From the sequence record NC_047815.1: a stretch of DNA of 64,000 nucleotides. One strand, written 5' to 3'. The notes under the pieces were generated by a model. That model was given only the letters and a program-made list of their open reading frames with translations. It had not been told where the DNA came from and did not search any database. Numbering within the stretch: position 1 is the first letter of the stretch; each line of letters starts with the position of its first letter. The position numbers were made by a program, and so were the translations under genes. Shown here piece by piece: positions 36,576 through 45,715 of this stretch.

Positions 36576-38006
36576 ATGATTACTTATCACGATGTACCAG
36601 CAAGTGAAGTTCAAGACCATTCTGCTGCTGCGCGTCATATTGCTATGACTATCGCCTCAGAGCTAGTTGAGCACATTGCAGACGCGCACCGTCCACCTTT
36701 GCGGAAGACCAAGCGTTTGAAATTTGATGTGACCAAGTTCTCTGTCAACTGGATGCTAGTGATTGCTGAGGCGTTGCGTCTTGACTATTGCCGTGAGCTT
36801 GCCCAGCCTTATCGAAATGACTTTCTGAGTCTGATAGAGATCGACTCAGACGAGGTTCAACTGACCGTTGATGATCTACAGTTGATCCGTGCGCTTGATA
36901 TGAAAGGCATTAATCGCAGTCACAACTTGTCGTGGAACAAAGTTAGTTCTGAATTTGATATGACACAGGGTACATTAAAGCTGTTGCGTCACGAGGAGTT
37001 CTTCCGCAGCAAAGAACTGTTTGCAGATTTCATGCAGCGCCTCATCGAAACTGTAGAACAAGGCCATCGTGATTGTACGCGAGATACTGATCCAAGTGAG
37101 TTGGACGATCAGTTGTTTGACCTGCATAATGTGCTGAATCGTGTGTGGCAACAGCATTGCATGGAGTTCGGTCGACGCAATATTATCTCTCTGAGCGAAG
37201 ATGCCGAGTGGGCCATGACGTTAACCCGTGCTAACTTGACCAGTAACTCAACAATGGATCAACGTTTTGGTGAGCGTATTCTCTATCGACAGCATCTGTC
37301 CGATGCGTTTGAGGTGTTGAGCGTTGCCTCAAGCAAGGACAGTCTTGCATATCATTTAGAAGCTGTGATGTGCTTGCTGTATAATCTCGAAATTGAAAAC
37401 GATATTGATGATGACCTCGTTGTTCAGATCAAACGCAAGCTGGACGACAGTCTTTTATCGCTTAATGAAAACTTGCATGGCGATTATCTGCCTGATTGGA
37501 ATCTATTGTCTTTAGTACAGACCAAAGCCGGAACGCCAAATCAACCGACAGTTGAATCTATGATTGCATATCTGACCGAGCATAGCACTGTATCTAAACG
37601 TATGCTAGATGCAGTGGGTGAGGATGATATTCGTGAACTGTACATGAAGACCCTTGCAGACTCCGAAGACGCAATCGACGCTGACGAAGACGAAGAAGAT
37701 GAGGACGAGGAAGAAGACGATCCAGCTTGTATTTCTCCAATGCCTAACTATCTTCATTCCGTCCAGGAGTCGCAGATTGCACGCATGGTCACTCCTTGCG
37801 ATCTAGCCGGTAATCTTGCACTCAAGCGTCCGACCTTTGAGTTTTCTGTTGCTGGTCAAGTATTCGCTCTCAACATCTTTCAGGTTCAAGCAGCACCTGT
37901 TGATGTGTATGTTCCGTCTCGCGCACTGATTCATGCAGTGTATTCTAATCTGATTGCTCTTGGTGTATTCCATCAGGACAACGACAAACCACAGTGGGTA
38001 CGCTAA
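36576..38006 (+). CDS. Acidic hypothetical protein (476 aa)
   Basis: AAGGA SD. Confidence 0.85.
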   Translation: MITYHDVPASEVQDHSAAARHIAMTIASELVEHIADAHRPPLRKTKRLKFDVTKFSVNWMLVIAEALRLDYCRELAQPYRNDFLSLIEIDSDEVQLTVDDLQLIRALDMKGINRSHNLSWNKVSSEFDMTQGTLKLLRHEEFFRSKELFADFMQRLIETVEQGHRDCTRDTDPSELDDQLFDLHNVLNRVWQQHCMEFGRRNIISLSEDAEWAMTLTRANLTSNSTMDQRFGERILYRQHLSDAFEVLSVASSKDSLAYHLEAVMCLLYNLEIENDIDDDLVVQIKRKLDDSLLSLNENLHGDYLPDWNLLSLVQTKAGTPNQPTVESMIAYLTEHSTVSKRMLDAVGEDDIRELYMKTLADSEDAIDADEDEEDEDEEEDDPACISPMPNYLHSVQESQIARMVTPCDLAGNLALKRPTFEFSVAGQVFALNIFQVQAAPVDVYVPSRALIHAVYSNLIALGVFHQDNDKPQWVR

Positions 38007-38290
38007 TGCAATTTAAAGATCTCTCACCAAACGTTAAACTAGCTGTGCTGTTGATGCACAACTTTGGTATCATCGAACAAATCTGCGATCAGCAAGGTAT
38101 TGGCGAAGAAGCTAAGGAAGAAGCCATCACAGAAAGTCTTGCTGTTATTGGTATTTCGGCTGATGATGTTCAAGGCATTCTGTCAAACAACTTATCAGAG
38201 CAAGAAGCCTTAGAGCTTGAACAGTACCTCAATCAGTATGCTGAGGATGACTCTGACGACGAGCACGACGACACGCCACACATGCACTAA
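38006..38290 (+). CDS. Acidic hypothetical protein
   Basis: Coupled TAATG. Confidence 0.75.
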   Translation: MQFKDLSPNVKLAVLLMHNFGIIEQICDQQGIGEEAKEEAITESLAVIGISADDVQGILSNNLSEQEALELEQYLNQYAEDDSDDEHDDTPHMH

Positions 38291-38325
38291 TGTCTGTGGG
38301 AGGTAACAGCCTCCCCAACTTCTTT

Positions 38326-38360
38326 CAAACTTCACTCCGTTAGGAAACTTCGCTATGAAA
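38326..38360 (+). repeat. 35-nt exact repeat, copy 2
   Basis: Identical to 34749-34783. Confidence 0.9.
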
Positions 38361-39368
38361 ATCTCAATGTCTCATGTACCAGAACTAGGCTCAAGCCATG
38401 AAGTAGGTATTCTTATAGGTGATGACGAACAGCATGAACGCGTTATCTATGTTCCAATCCTTGTTGATGAAAGACAAGTACGCATCCCTGTTAATGGTGG
38501 CACTCTCGGTCTTCACGCAATCAAACGCCCTATGCTGGTAATCAATACACTGACTCACAAGTATCGGCTTGTGGTTGCCAACATTCGGCAGCATGTAAAG
38601 AGCAACATTCATACGTTCACGCCAGATAAAAGTATTCTCGACCATATGCTTGCTGTGCCTGGTACGTTTCTTGATTTATCCGACTCAGTGCCTGATGACT
38701 ATCAGCCTACGTCTGATCGTTATGGTGTGTTTGCTTATTCAACGCCTGTCGATCGTGGTGCGCATATAAAGCCTCGTCAGATCTATATCAGTGATCGTAA
38801 GTTTCATCATCCGTTTCTTGACGCGATTTCTGATGAGGACATGCAGCAGGTTCTCGACTACATCAAGCAGACCAAGACGTGGGAAGACCTGTGTCTTGAT
38901 CATGCTCGTGGTCGCTGCAAGATTGATGCGCCAGGCATTGATACCTACTTGCGTTATGAGACAGATATCCCTAAATATGTTCCTGAGATATTTGCGGCAG
39001 CATGGAAATCTCTGAACATCATTAACGCCATGCCACCAGCAGAGATTGCAGATCGGCGCACAGAGATGGTAACAGCTATTGAAGTTGCTATGTCGTTTGA
39101 TCGTCTTTGGGCTTGCGGTCCTAAAGTAACGTATGCCGGGGAGATTCCTGAAATGCGTTTTGAGTGGCAACGTGAAGAACGTGAAGGTCAGGTGGCAGCT
39201 ACTCGCTACATGTGTTACTGCGTTGTGCCAAACGATCTGCCTATACCAGGTCGCTTTCTCGTTATCGACACGCAGGCAGAAGGGTTTGAGAATCGCTTCC
39301 GTCCGTTTATGTCTATTAGTGATGCTCTGACTTTCGTATCAACCGAATACCACAAAGAAGAGGTTTAA
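38355..39368 (+). CDS. Hypothetical protein (337 aa)
   Basis: Start within the repeated cassette. Confidence 0.85.
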   Translation: MKISMSHVPELGSSHEVGILIGDDEQHERVIYVPILVDERQVRIPVNGGTLGLHAIKRPMLVINTLTHKYRLVVANIRQHVKSNIHTFTPDKSILDHMLAVPGTFLDLSDSVPDDYQPTSDRYGVFAYSTPVDRGAHIKPRQIYISDRKFHHPFLDAISDEDMQQVLDYIKQTKTWEDLCLDHARGRCKIDAPGIDTYLRYETDIPKYVPEIFAAAWKSLNIINAMPPAEIADRRTEMVTAIEVAMSFDRLWACGPKVTYAGEIPEMRFEWQREEREGQVAATRYMCYCVVPNDLPIPGRFLVIDTQAEGFENRFRPFMSISDALTFVSTEYHKEEV

Positions 39369-39369
39369 T

Positions 39370-39741
39370 ATGATGATGCAAGACGGAACCAAAATCGCAG
39401 CCAAAGATATGTTAGCTGCCAGCACTATCCCTGCCGAACAGCGCATAGCTCATACGGTACCTAACGTTGTTATCGTGGCGGTTGTGTATGAGTCTGACAG
39501 TTTCAGTGGTCAGCGTCATGATGGTTTCTGCTACATGCCGAACAACGAATCCTATCAGGCATTCAAAGCGCATTTGCAAAAGCACAAGAGCCGTGAAAGC
39601 TACTGTTTCATGACAGACGTTAATCTACTGTCTATAGAAGATGCAGGACTTGAGGCGATGATCGCTGCGGTGGCTGAGCGCCCAGATCGACCGTGGCTGT
39701 GGGTAGATACTGATTATGCTGTATGTGCGTGGTACGACTAA
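39370..39741 (+). CDS. Hypothetical protein
   Basis: GAGGT SD. Confidence 0.8.
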   Translation: MMMQDGTKIAAKDMLAASTIPAEQRIAHTVPNVVIVAVVYESDSFSGQRHDGFCYMPNNESYQAFKAHLQKHKSRESYCFMTDVNLLSIEDAGLEAMIAAVAERPDRPWLWVDTDYAVCAWYD

Positions 39742-39745
39742 TCAG

Positions 39746-39797
39746 CAAAATCGTGGTCAAAATAGCTGTTGCGTTTAGGCGCTTGTTTTGATAAACT
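39746..39797 (+). promoter_or_regulatory. GGTCAAAA-class promoter
   Basis: GGTCAAAA 39755; TTG at -35; TG-A-TAAACT 39792. Confidence 0.8.
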
Positions 39798-39847
39798 GTG
39801 AGTGGGCAACAAGCTCACTCATATACAACGTCTGAGGAGACGAGACA

Positions 39848-40279
39848 GTGACTACTAAGATGACAGGATTACAGATTCACAACGCACGTAAAAACGATCC
39901 ATACGACTGGACTCGTTTGACTTCTCAAGTTCAAGGAATGCTGATTCAAGCCGAAGCTGAGAAGATACAAATGGTGGCCATGCCCCTCACCGCTTTTCCT
40001 AAGTTTAAAGAGCACGCCAATCTAAACTATGTGCTTGATGAATTGAACGACTGGCGTTTATCCGAACTGTCTACTCTATCTCAAATCAGTCATGATTGGT
40101 TTGCTAGTGATGGAACACACTTTGATTATGTGTTGTTTATTCGTTGTCCTGAGGCTCGTCAGACAATGCGTACTTTTGATGCGGAAACAAACAAGCTGGT
40201 TGACGCCCGTATGTTAAGTAGCTCGACCATCATCATGCCAAAAGATTTTGAGTTGTTTGATACCGAAATAGCAGAATAA
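39848..40279 (+). CDS. Hypothetical protein
   Basis: GAGGAG SD. Confidence 0.75.
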   Translation: MTTKMTGLQIHNARKNDPYDWTRLTSQVQGMLIQAEAEKIQMVAMPLTAFPKFKEHANLNYVLDELNDWRLSELSTLSQISHDWFASDGTHFDYVLFIRCPEARQTMRTFDAETNKLVDARMLSSSTIIMPKDFELFDTEIAE

Positions 40280-40287
40280 AAATATCT

Positions 40288-40311
40288 AGCGCCTGCACAA
40301 GCAGGCGCTTT
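40288..40311 (+). terminator. Hairpin/terminator
   Basis: AGCGCCTGC-ACAA-GCAGGCGCT-TT. Confidence 0.6.
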
Positions 40312-40338
40312 GCTTATACACTGTCTGAGGAGACGGAA

Positions 40339-40830
40339 ATGAATACAACGCATAAATTCGACGATGAATCAAACACAGCCATTAGCCTTGCTGTTGAGGC
40401 CGCACAAAAGCTGATCGGTGATCTCAACATGCAGTCAATTGACGTTGCTATCACTGGTGCTCGCGTGTATCTCACTGTTGCTGATATGCTTGGCGGTCAT
40501 TTGCAGCAAGCCAGTTTTATCTTTAACGGCCAGCTCGTAACTGTGGTCATCAACGTTAAGCAAGCTGATGACGCTGAGGAATTTGTCTCAAACGAAATTG
40601 ATCGCAATTTTCAGATGGAACTCGGCGACCTACTGATCGGCACTATGGACGAAGCTGTTGATGAAGGAGTTATCAGCGGTTACGAACAAGGTGCGATGTT
40701 TATCGCTGCCCTGTCCTTGATGTATATCGGACTCAAGAACAGCGGCATTACGGAACTCAGATTCCGACACAGCAAGAAAAACTACGTTTCACACATTACC
40801 CTTATGCCAGAGGAAACTGAATCAAAATGA
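40339..40830 (+). CDS. Hypothetical protein
   Basis: GAGGAG SD. Confidence 0.8.
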   Translation: MNTTHKFDDESNTAISLAVEAAQKLIGDLNMQSIDVAITGARVYLTVADMLGGHLQQASFIFNGQLVTVVINVKQADDAEEFVSNEIDRNFQMELGDLLIGTMDEAVDEGVISGYEQGAMFIAALSLMYIGLKNSGITELRFRHSKKNYVSHITLMPEETESK

Positions 40831-41015
40831 AAACCGTGAACGAGTTGGTAAAGCAATTAAAGCAGTCCAATTCTATCGTATTAACCGAATCAGTGGCAGA
40901 CAGTGTTCTGCCCGATTTAAAATTCACCCTTGATGTGTTGTGTATGAATTACCGTCTGCGTCAAATCGATACACTCAGCGGAGGGCGCCAGACGAAAATT
41001 GAATTACGCAGTTAA
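40827..41015 (+). CDS. Small hypothetical protein
   Basis: Overlapping start. Confidence 0.65.
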   Translation: MKTVNELVKQLKQSNSIVLTESVADSVLPDLKFTLDVLCMNYRLRQIDTLSGGRQTKIELRS

Positions 41016-41029
41016 CTGAACTACCCTTT

Positions 41030-41113
41030 GGCCTTACGTTATTTATCCATCCCTCCTGACAGAGGTTGCGTAAGGTCCTTTTTAAAGCGTGTTTTCGAGC
41101 GTGCTTTAAAAAG
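41030..41113 (+). ncRNA. Two-stem RNA module 1
   Basis: Stem 41030-38/41069-77 directly followed by CTTTTTAAAG hairpin 41078-41113. Confidence 0.5.
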
Positions 41114-41157
41114 CTGATAACTAGAAAACTCACCTTCTAGTTGGTACGTGAAAGCTG

Positions 41158-41209
41158 CAAATCTGCGGTCAAAACAGTGCTAGCAACAAGCGAAACGCTG
41201 TGCTACAAT
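41158..41209 (+). promoter_or_regulatory. GGTCAAAA-class promoter
   Basis: GGTCAAAA 41167; TG-C-TACAAT 41204. Confidence 0.85.
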
Positions 41210-41215
41210 ATATGT

Positions 41216-41540
41216 GCAGCATGTCGTGTGCTGTAACATCGAGGAAACTTGCTAGTCTTTGAGTCTCTATCTATATGTGCGGCCATGCACTGATATGAGA
41301 CTCCTTTTTAAAACAGGTTCAATGAGCCTAGTTTAAAAAGCAATTAAAGCCAAGAGACTTCAACCCACTACTTGGTTAGTAACACCTCTGGTGCCAGGTC
41401 GGCGGCTGCATCCCAGAGACTGGGGCCTGGCTCCCTTTTTAAAGCTGATTTTGATTAGTCAGTTTTCGAAAGGGTTCGATACCCTTGAGCGCATTTGGAT
41501 TTACGCGGTTTTCACCAACTGTGCTCTCATATTAAACCGC
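41216..41540 (+). ncRNA. ~330-nt structured leader with modules 2 (41261-41340) and 3 (41390-41472)
   Basis: Consecutive hairpins, no credible ORF between promoter and ATG 41554. Confidence 0.55.
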
Positions 41541-41553
41541 AAAGGAAATAACA

Positions 41554-42267
41554 ATGCCTACATTACGCAAACCTCGTCCAGCAGATAAGTTCTCTCAAGC
41601 TCGCGCCGCCAAGAACTCTCCTGAACGTCAAGAAGCAGCCAAGAAGAAAGTGCCACGCGGTCCTAAATCAGCAGGCCCTCGTCGCAATACTGTCCAAGTG
41701 GAACGCGCTGCTACGATACGCGACGAGGACCGTGTTGTAAACCTCGTGCTGTTTATCTTACGTGGTTGGAAACAAGCTAAGGCGGATAGTGAAGCCAGCG
41801 CTGCACAGGGCATCATTAAGGTAAGTCGTCGTGAAATCGAACTAGCTTTACGCGATCTCAAAAACACGCGTTTCACTAAAATCCCGACACTGATTAACGA
41901 TGTGTTGGTCTACAACGAAATCGTAAATGAGTTTGGTCAGTGGGTGTACGTAGAGCATGATAGTCCTGACTGGATGTTCATCTTAACGCCAGATCGTGAA
42001 ACGCTTGTGACACGCTGTCGCATTCGCCGCAATAAAGAGACAGACGACCTGACACAGCTCATATCCTCAGAAGTTCTGTTGAAAGATTGGAGCGAAGAAG
42101 AGGTAGAGATAGACGTCTCAGAAGAAGGCGAGGAGTATCAATCATGGACCCTCAGCCAACTTCAAAACTTTGCTAAAGCCGAAGGTTACATGGGCATCAA
42201 AGATGAAGGATGGAACGATCGTTCAGCACTCATTGCTCGAATCATCAACAAGGGCGCAATCAAATGA
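41554..42267 (+). CDS. Hypothetical protein: basic N-terminus, C-terminal HeH/Rho-N-like module
   Basis: WTLSQLQNFAKAEGY...RSALIARII; AAGGA SD. Confidence 0.8.
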   Translation: MPTLRKPRPADKFSQARAAKNSPERQEAAKKKVPRGPKSAGPRRNTVQVERAATIRDEDRVVNLVLFILRGWKQAKADSEASAAQGIIKVSRREIELALRDLKNTRFTKIPTLINDVLVYNEIVNEFGQWVYVEHDSPDWMFILTPDRETLVTRCRIRRNKETDDLTQLISSEVLLKDWSEEEVEIDVSEEGEEYQSWTLSQLQNFAKAEGYMGIKDEGWNDRSALIARIINKGAIK

Positions 42268-42593
42268 GTCTGACTATTCGTTCTGCCGCTGAGGCCGCCT
42301 CGATGATCGTAGAAAACGTTACTCTTTACTCTAATGAGAAAGAGTTCGAAACAATACTACCTCGCTTTAAAATGCCAGAGACGGCGATACGTCGAATTTC
42401 AGGACACGCTCGCATAATACCTGAAAGTTATATCGAACAATTGTCTGTAGAAATACAGCAACTCGATTGGATGCTGCTGCGATGTAGTGCAAAAGAATTT
42501 ATCTTTATGCATTGTGATGTACCGTCAAACTGGACGACATTGAGTGCCAAGCGTGTGGCGCCAAATCATAGAGACGACTCAGTAGACGATTAA
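42264..42593 (+). CDS. Hypothetical protein
   Basis: Overlapping ATGA. Confidence 0.7.
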   Translation: MSLTIRSAAEAASMIVENVTLYSNEKEFETILPRFKMPETAIRRISGHARIIPESYIEQLSVEIQQLDWMLLRCSAKEFIFMHCDVPSNWTTLSAKRVAPNHRDDSVDD

Positions 42594-42621
42594 CTCTAAT
42601 TGAGCAAGGACGCATAATCTA

Positions 42622-42673
42622 CAAATAGATGGTCAAAATAGCGGTAGATTTCTACCGCTATTTTTGATACACT
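42622..42673 (+). promoter_or_regulatory. GGTCAAAA-class promoter with perfect 14-bp inverted repeat
   Basis: GGTCAAAA 42631; AAAATAGCGGTAGA-TT-TCTACCGCTATTTT 42635-42664; TG-A-TACACT 42668. Confidence 0.85.
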
Positions 42674-42679
42674 AGAGAT

Positions 42680-42806
42680 CAAGCAGTACATCTTTTTAAA
42701 GTGTTCTAAGTGGGATTAGAGTGCTTTACAAAGAGCAAGACTTTTGACTGTGTGGCGGACTTCTAATGTCCGATGAATACGCGTTCAACGCCACACAGTC
42801 CTTTTT
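42680..42806 (+). ncRNA. Candidate small RNA (~125 nt)
   Basis: Own promoter, no ORF, hairpin 42692-42733, 12-bp stem 42746-57/42789-800 with two inner hairpins, then CTTTTT. Confidence 0.6.
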
Positions 42807-42833
42807 GCAGAGAGCACCATCTAGTGTACTGTG

Positions 42834-42885
42834 CAAAACAGTGGTCAAAATGACCGTTGCTTTTAACCATGATTTTTCGTACTAT
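42834..42885 (+). promoter_or_regulatory. GGTCAAAA-class promoter
   Basis: GGTCAAAA 42843; TTGCTT 42857; TACTAT 42880. Confidence 0.8.
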
Positions 42886-42947
42886 TATATCTCTTGAGCA
42901 ATAACGCTCAACGCTATATCATCTACTAATACTGAGGAGTATTAATT

Positions 42948-44567
42948 ATGGCACGTCTCGAAACTTCTTCAAACCTGGTTGGCAAATCTATCGTTCTGCT
43001 GAACGGCACCAAAGCTAAAATTGTTGACGCTATCACAAGCGGCTACAAAACTGATAAGAGCGCGAAGCGTATCGCCACTCGCTGCGTTATCAAGAAGGGC
43101 ACTGGTTACGCAGAAATTGAACGTATGCCGCTGACCCAGCTTGTTGACACGGGTGAGGGTTATGTTGAAATCAAATCTGCTGACTCGAAAGCGCCTGCTA
43201 AAAAGACCGCTGCTAAGTCTACAGCAAAAGCATCAACCAAGACCACAACGAAAACTTCCGCCAAAAGCTCAACCAAAGCCGCAGCGAAAGCTGATAGCAA
43301 ACCAGCAGCAAAAGCAAAAGCGCCTGCTAAAACAAAAGCAGCCGCTAAGAAAGAAGAAGCCGAAGCGCCGCGTAGTCGTGTTCGTCGTAAGTCTGCACAG
43401 CCGACTACTTTGACCGCTATTGATCAAGAGTTCACCGAAGCTCTGGTGATGCGTGTTGTTGAGCATTTGAAATCAGGCAATCTGCTGTCACTTGCTACTG
43501 ACGGTGTTACGCCGATTGATAACGCGTTTGAAGTTACTTATGATGCGCAGTATGCAGCGCCGAATCAATTGCAGTTTACTATCGGTGTTGAGTATGCGAT
43601 GCCGCAGCAAGCCGCTGCAAACGATGCAGTAGAAATCAGCGCAGAAGTGCTGGAGCGTGCTGCTAAGAAAGTCGGCAAGACCATCGGCAAGAAACTTGCT
43701 GCTGCTATCAAGTCTGCGTACGGCGTAGACAGTGCGAAAGACCTGCTTGCTGGTACCGTACTGCGTCACGGCGATGATGAATTCATCTATATCGGTGCAA
43801 GTGCTGCCGACGCTGATAAAGCGTATATGTACAACGCCGAGTCTGATAAGTTTCGTGCAGTAGCCGCTGCTAATCTGTCTAGCTATGAGCTGGTGGCTGA
43901 CGAAGAACAAGACGAAGACGAAGAAGAGGAAGAAGAAGACGACAACGCTGACCTCGACTTTGAAGACGACGAAGAAGAAGAGGCTGATGACGAAGAAGCC
44001 GAAGAAGAGGAAGAGGACGAGGAAGAAGAAGCCGAAGAAGAAGAAGACGGCGAAGAATCTGAACCTGAATATTCTTATCGTTCAATCTCGAAAGATGAAT
44101 TGAGCCTCGTCAATAAGAAAGTAACTGCTAAGTATGTGGCGCAACTTGCTGAACAGTGGTCGCTTGATGTTGAAGCTCTGGTGCCTGGTCTGATTGTGTC
44201 AGACGGCGAAACCGAGTTCGCATATGTCGGCTTCGACTCTAAAGGCGGTCTGGTAGTTATCGATACACAAGACGGCGAAGCGATGGTCTACGCTAAAGCA
44301 CAGGTTAAATCGCTGACTGAGTTTGCCGCTGTGTTGGGCGACGACGAGACCTCTGACGAAGAAGCAGAAGAGGAAGAAGTTGAAGACGAAGAAGACGAAG
44401 AAGAAGACGGCGACGATGATTTTGACTTCGATGATGCCGACTCTGCTGACCTCGATGATATGTCAGAAGATGAATTGCGTGATAAAGTGATTCAAGCAGG
44501 TCTGACTACCGTACGCAAAGCTGGTCGCATGAACGAAGATGAATTACGCGAACTGCTGGCTGACTAA
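42948..44567 (+). CDS. Modular protein: K/A-rich segment, two D/E tracts, C-terminal 39-aa HeH-like module
   Basis: GAGGAG SD; composition read from translation. Confidence 0.9.
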   Translation: MARLETSSNLVGKSIVLLNGTKAKIVDAITSGYKTDKSAKRIATRCVIKKGTGYAEIERMPLTQLVDTGEGYVEIKSADSKAPAKKTAAKSTAKASTKTTTKTSAKSSTKAAAKADSKPAAKAKAPAKTKAAAKKEEAEAPRSRVRRKSAQPTTLTAIDQEFTEALVMRVVEHLKSGNLLSLATDGVTPIDNAFEVTYDAQYAAPNQLQFTIGVEYAMPQQAAANDAVEISAEVLERAAKKVGKTIGKKLAAAIKSAYGVDSAKDLLAGTVLRHGDDEFIYIGASAADADKAYMYNAESDKFRAVAAANLSSYELVADEEQDEDEEEEEEDDNADLDFEDDEEEEADDEEAEEEEEDEEEEAEEEEDGEESEPEYSYRSISKDELSLVNKKVTAKYVAQLAEQWSLDVEALVPGLIVSDGETEFAYVGFDSKGGLVVIDTQDGEAMVYAKAQVKSLTEFAAVLGDDETSDEEAEEEEVEDEEDEEEDGDDDFDFDDADSADLDDMSEDELRDKVIQAGLTTVRKAGRMNEDELRELLAD

Positions 44568-44578
44568 CTGATACACAT

Positions 44579-44597
44579 GCGCCCTTCGGGGCGCTTT
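44579..44597 (+). terminator. Intrinsic terminator
   Basis: GCGCCC-TTCG-GGGCGC-TTT. Confidence 0.7.
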
Positions 44598-44635
44598 ACT
44601 TATTCATTCAAACAATCAAACGAGAGATTACGATT

Positions 44636-45715
44636 ATGGCCAAAGCTATATCCTCTGCAAACACCAACTTGTTAAACGCCCGTGTTGTTCGTGCTGACGG
44701 CACAAAGACATTCATCAACAAAGTCAATGCTCGTGGTTACAGCACTGATGCGAAAGGACCTCAGATTCCTATGCTGCGTCTTGTACAAAGCGGTCGCACG
44801 CTGAAAGAGATTCCAGAAGCGTATGACAAAGCTGCGTGCATCATTAGTGATGGCATCGTGTTCAAACTGAACCGCAAGCAACAACGCCAGCTTGCTGATA
44901 ACGAGATCGACAATAAAGAGTTTCGCGTAGACCTCGATCGCTTGCAGTTTGTTACTGACGCGCCCACTAAAGTGCAGCGCATGGCTGTACGACACACTCC
45001 TAAAGCAGAGTCTGTTAAAGCAGACAAGCGCCCGACTGCTAAACGCGTGCGCAAGCAAGCGAAAGCCGAAGGCATTGAAGTAGATATGTTGACCAAGAAA
45101 ACACAGACGGCGTCTCGCAAGAACAAGAAAGAAAAAGATGTGCCTGCTGATTTCATCAAGCAGATGCCACGCGAGATCAAACGATTGATTCAAGACGGTG
45201 AGTTCAAACTCAATCGCAAACAAATCGAAGCTGTGTTGAGTGCGTTAGGCGTTGACAGCGCATTCTATGCAGTCGCTGTTGAGCGTTATTTAGACGGTAT
45301 GTCACTGCGTTTACCCCAGCAAGACAAGTCGAAAGCAGGTAAGCGAAGCAAAGCTATCACACCTGTATATGCTGACCAGCGTGAATACAAAAAGCTGTTT
45401 CGAAAACTGAAAACAAAAGTTGTTGTGCCGACCAAGAAGTTTGAAGCACAGCACAAACTAAAAGTGCGCGAAGTAAGAAAGTTCTGGCAGGAAGCTCTTG
45501 GTCTGTCTAGCCCTGCTGATATTAAGAAAGGACTCATGGTCATTGATGACTATGGAGATAAGTTGATGCTGGTCACTATCGATCAAGTATCAACTATCTT
45601 TGTGAAAGCAGACGGTAGTGGTGAACGTCTGATGGCTCACGCCTTGCTTAATCACAAAAGCGGGCTTGGTAAATTCACATTGGCTCCTGCCGATGAACTG
45701 GATGCTAGCGCATGA
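44636..45715 (+). CDS. Basic protein, partial paralog of 42948 ORF
   Basis: NL....V...GTK..I......GY.TD shared N-terminus. Confidence 0.85.
   Translation: MAKAISSANTNLLNARVVRADGTKTFINKVNARGYSTDAKGPQIPMLRLVQSGRTLKEIPEAYDKAACIISDGIVFKLNRKQQRQLADNEIDNKEFRVDLDRLQFVTDAPTKVQRMAVRHTPKAESVKADKRPTAKRVRKQAKAEGIEVDMLTKKTQTASRKNKKEKDVPADFIKQMPREIKRLIQDGEFKLNRKQIEAVLSALGVDSAFYAVAVERYLDGMSLRLPQQDKSKAGKRSKAITPVYADQREYKKLFRKLKTKVVVPTKKFEAQHKLKVREVRKFWQEALGLSSPADIKKGLMVIDDYGDKLMLVTIDQVSTIFVKADGSGERLMAHALLNHKSGLGKFTLAPADELDASA

Noticed and set aside
41400-41495. Complete tRNA gene
   Set aside because: Only a T-arm is present; no upstream acceptor strand, D-arm or CCA.
41391-41588. 65-aa ORF in the structured leader
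   Set aside because: GTG start with no SD, overlaps the next gene out of frame, and lies in paired stems.
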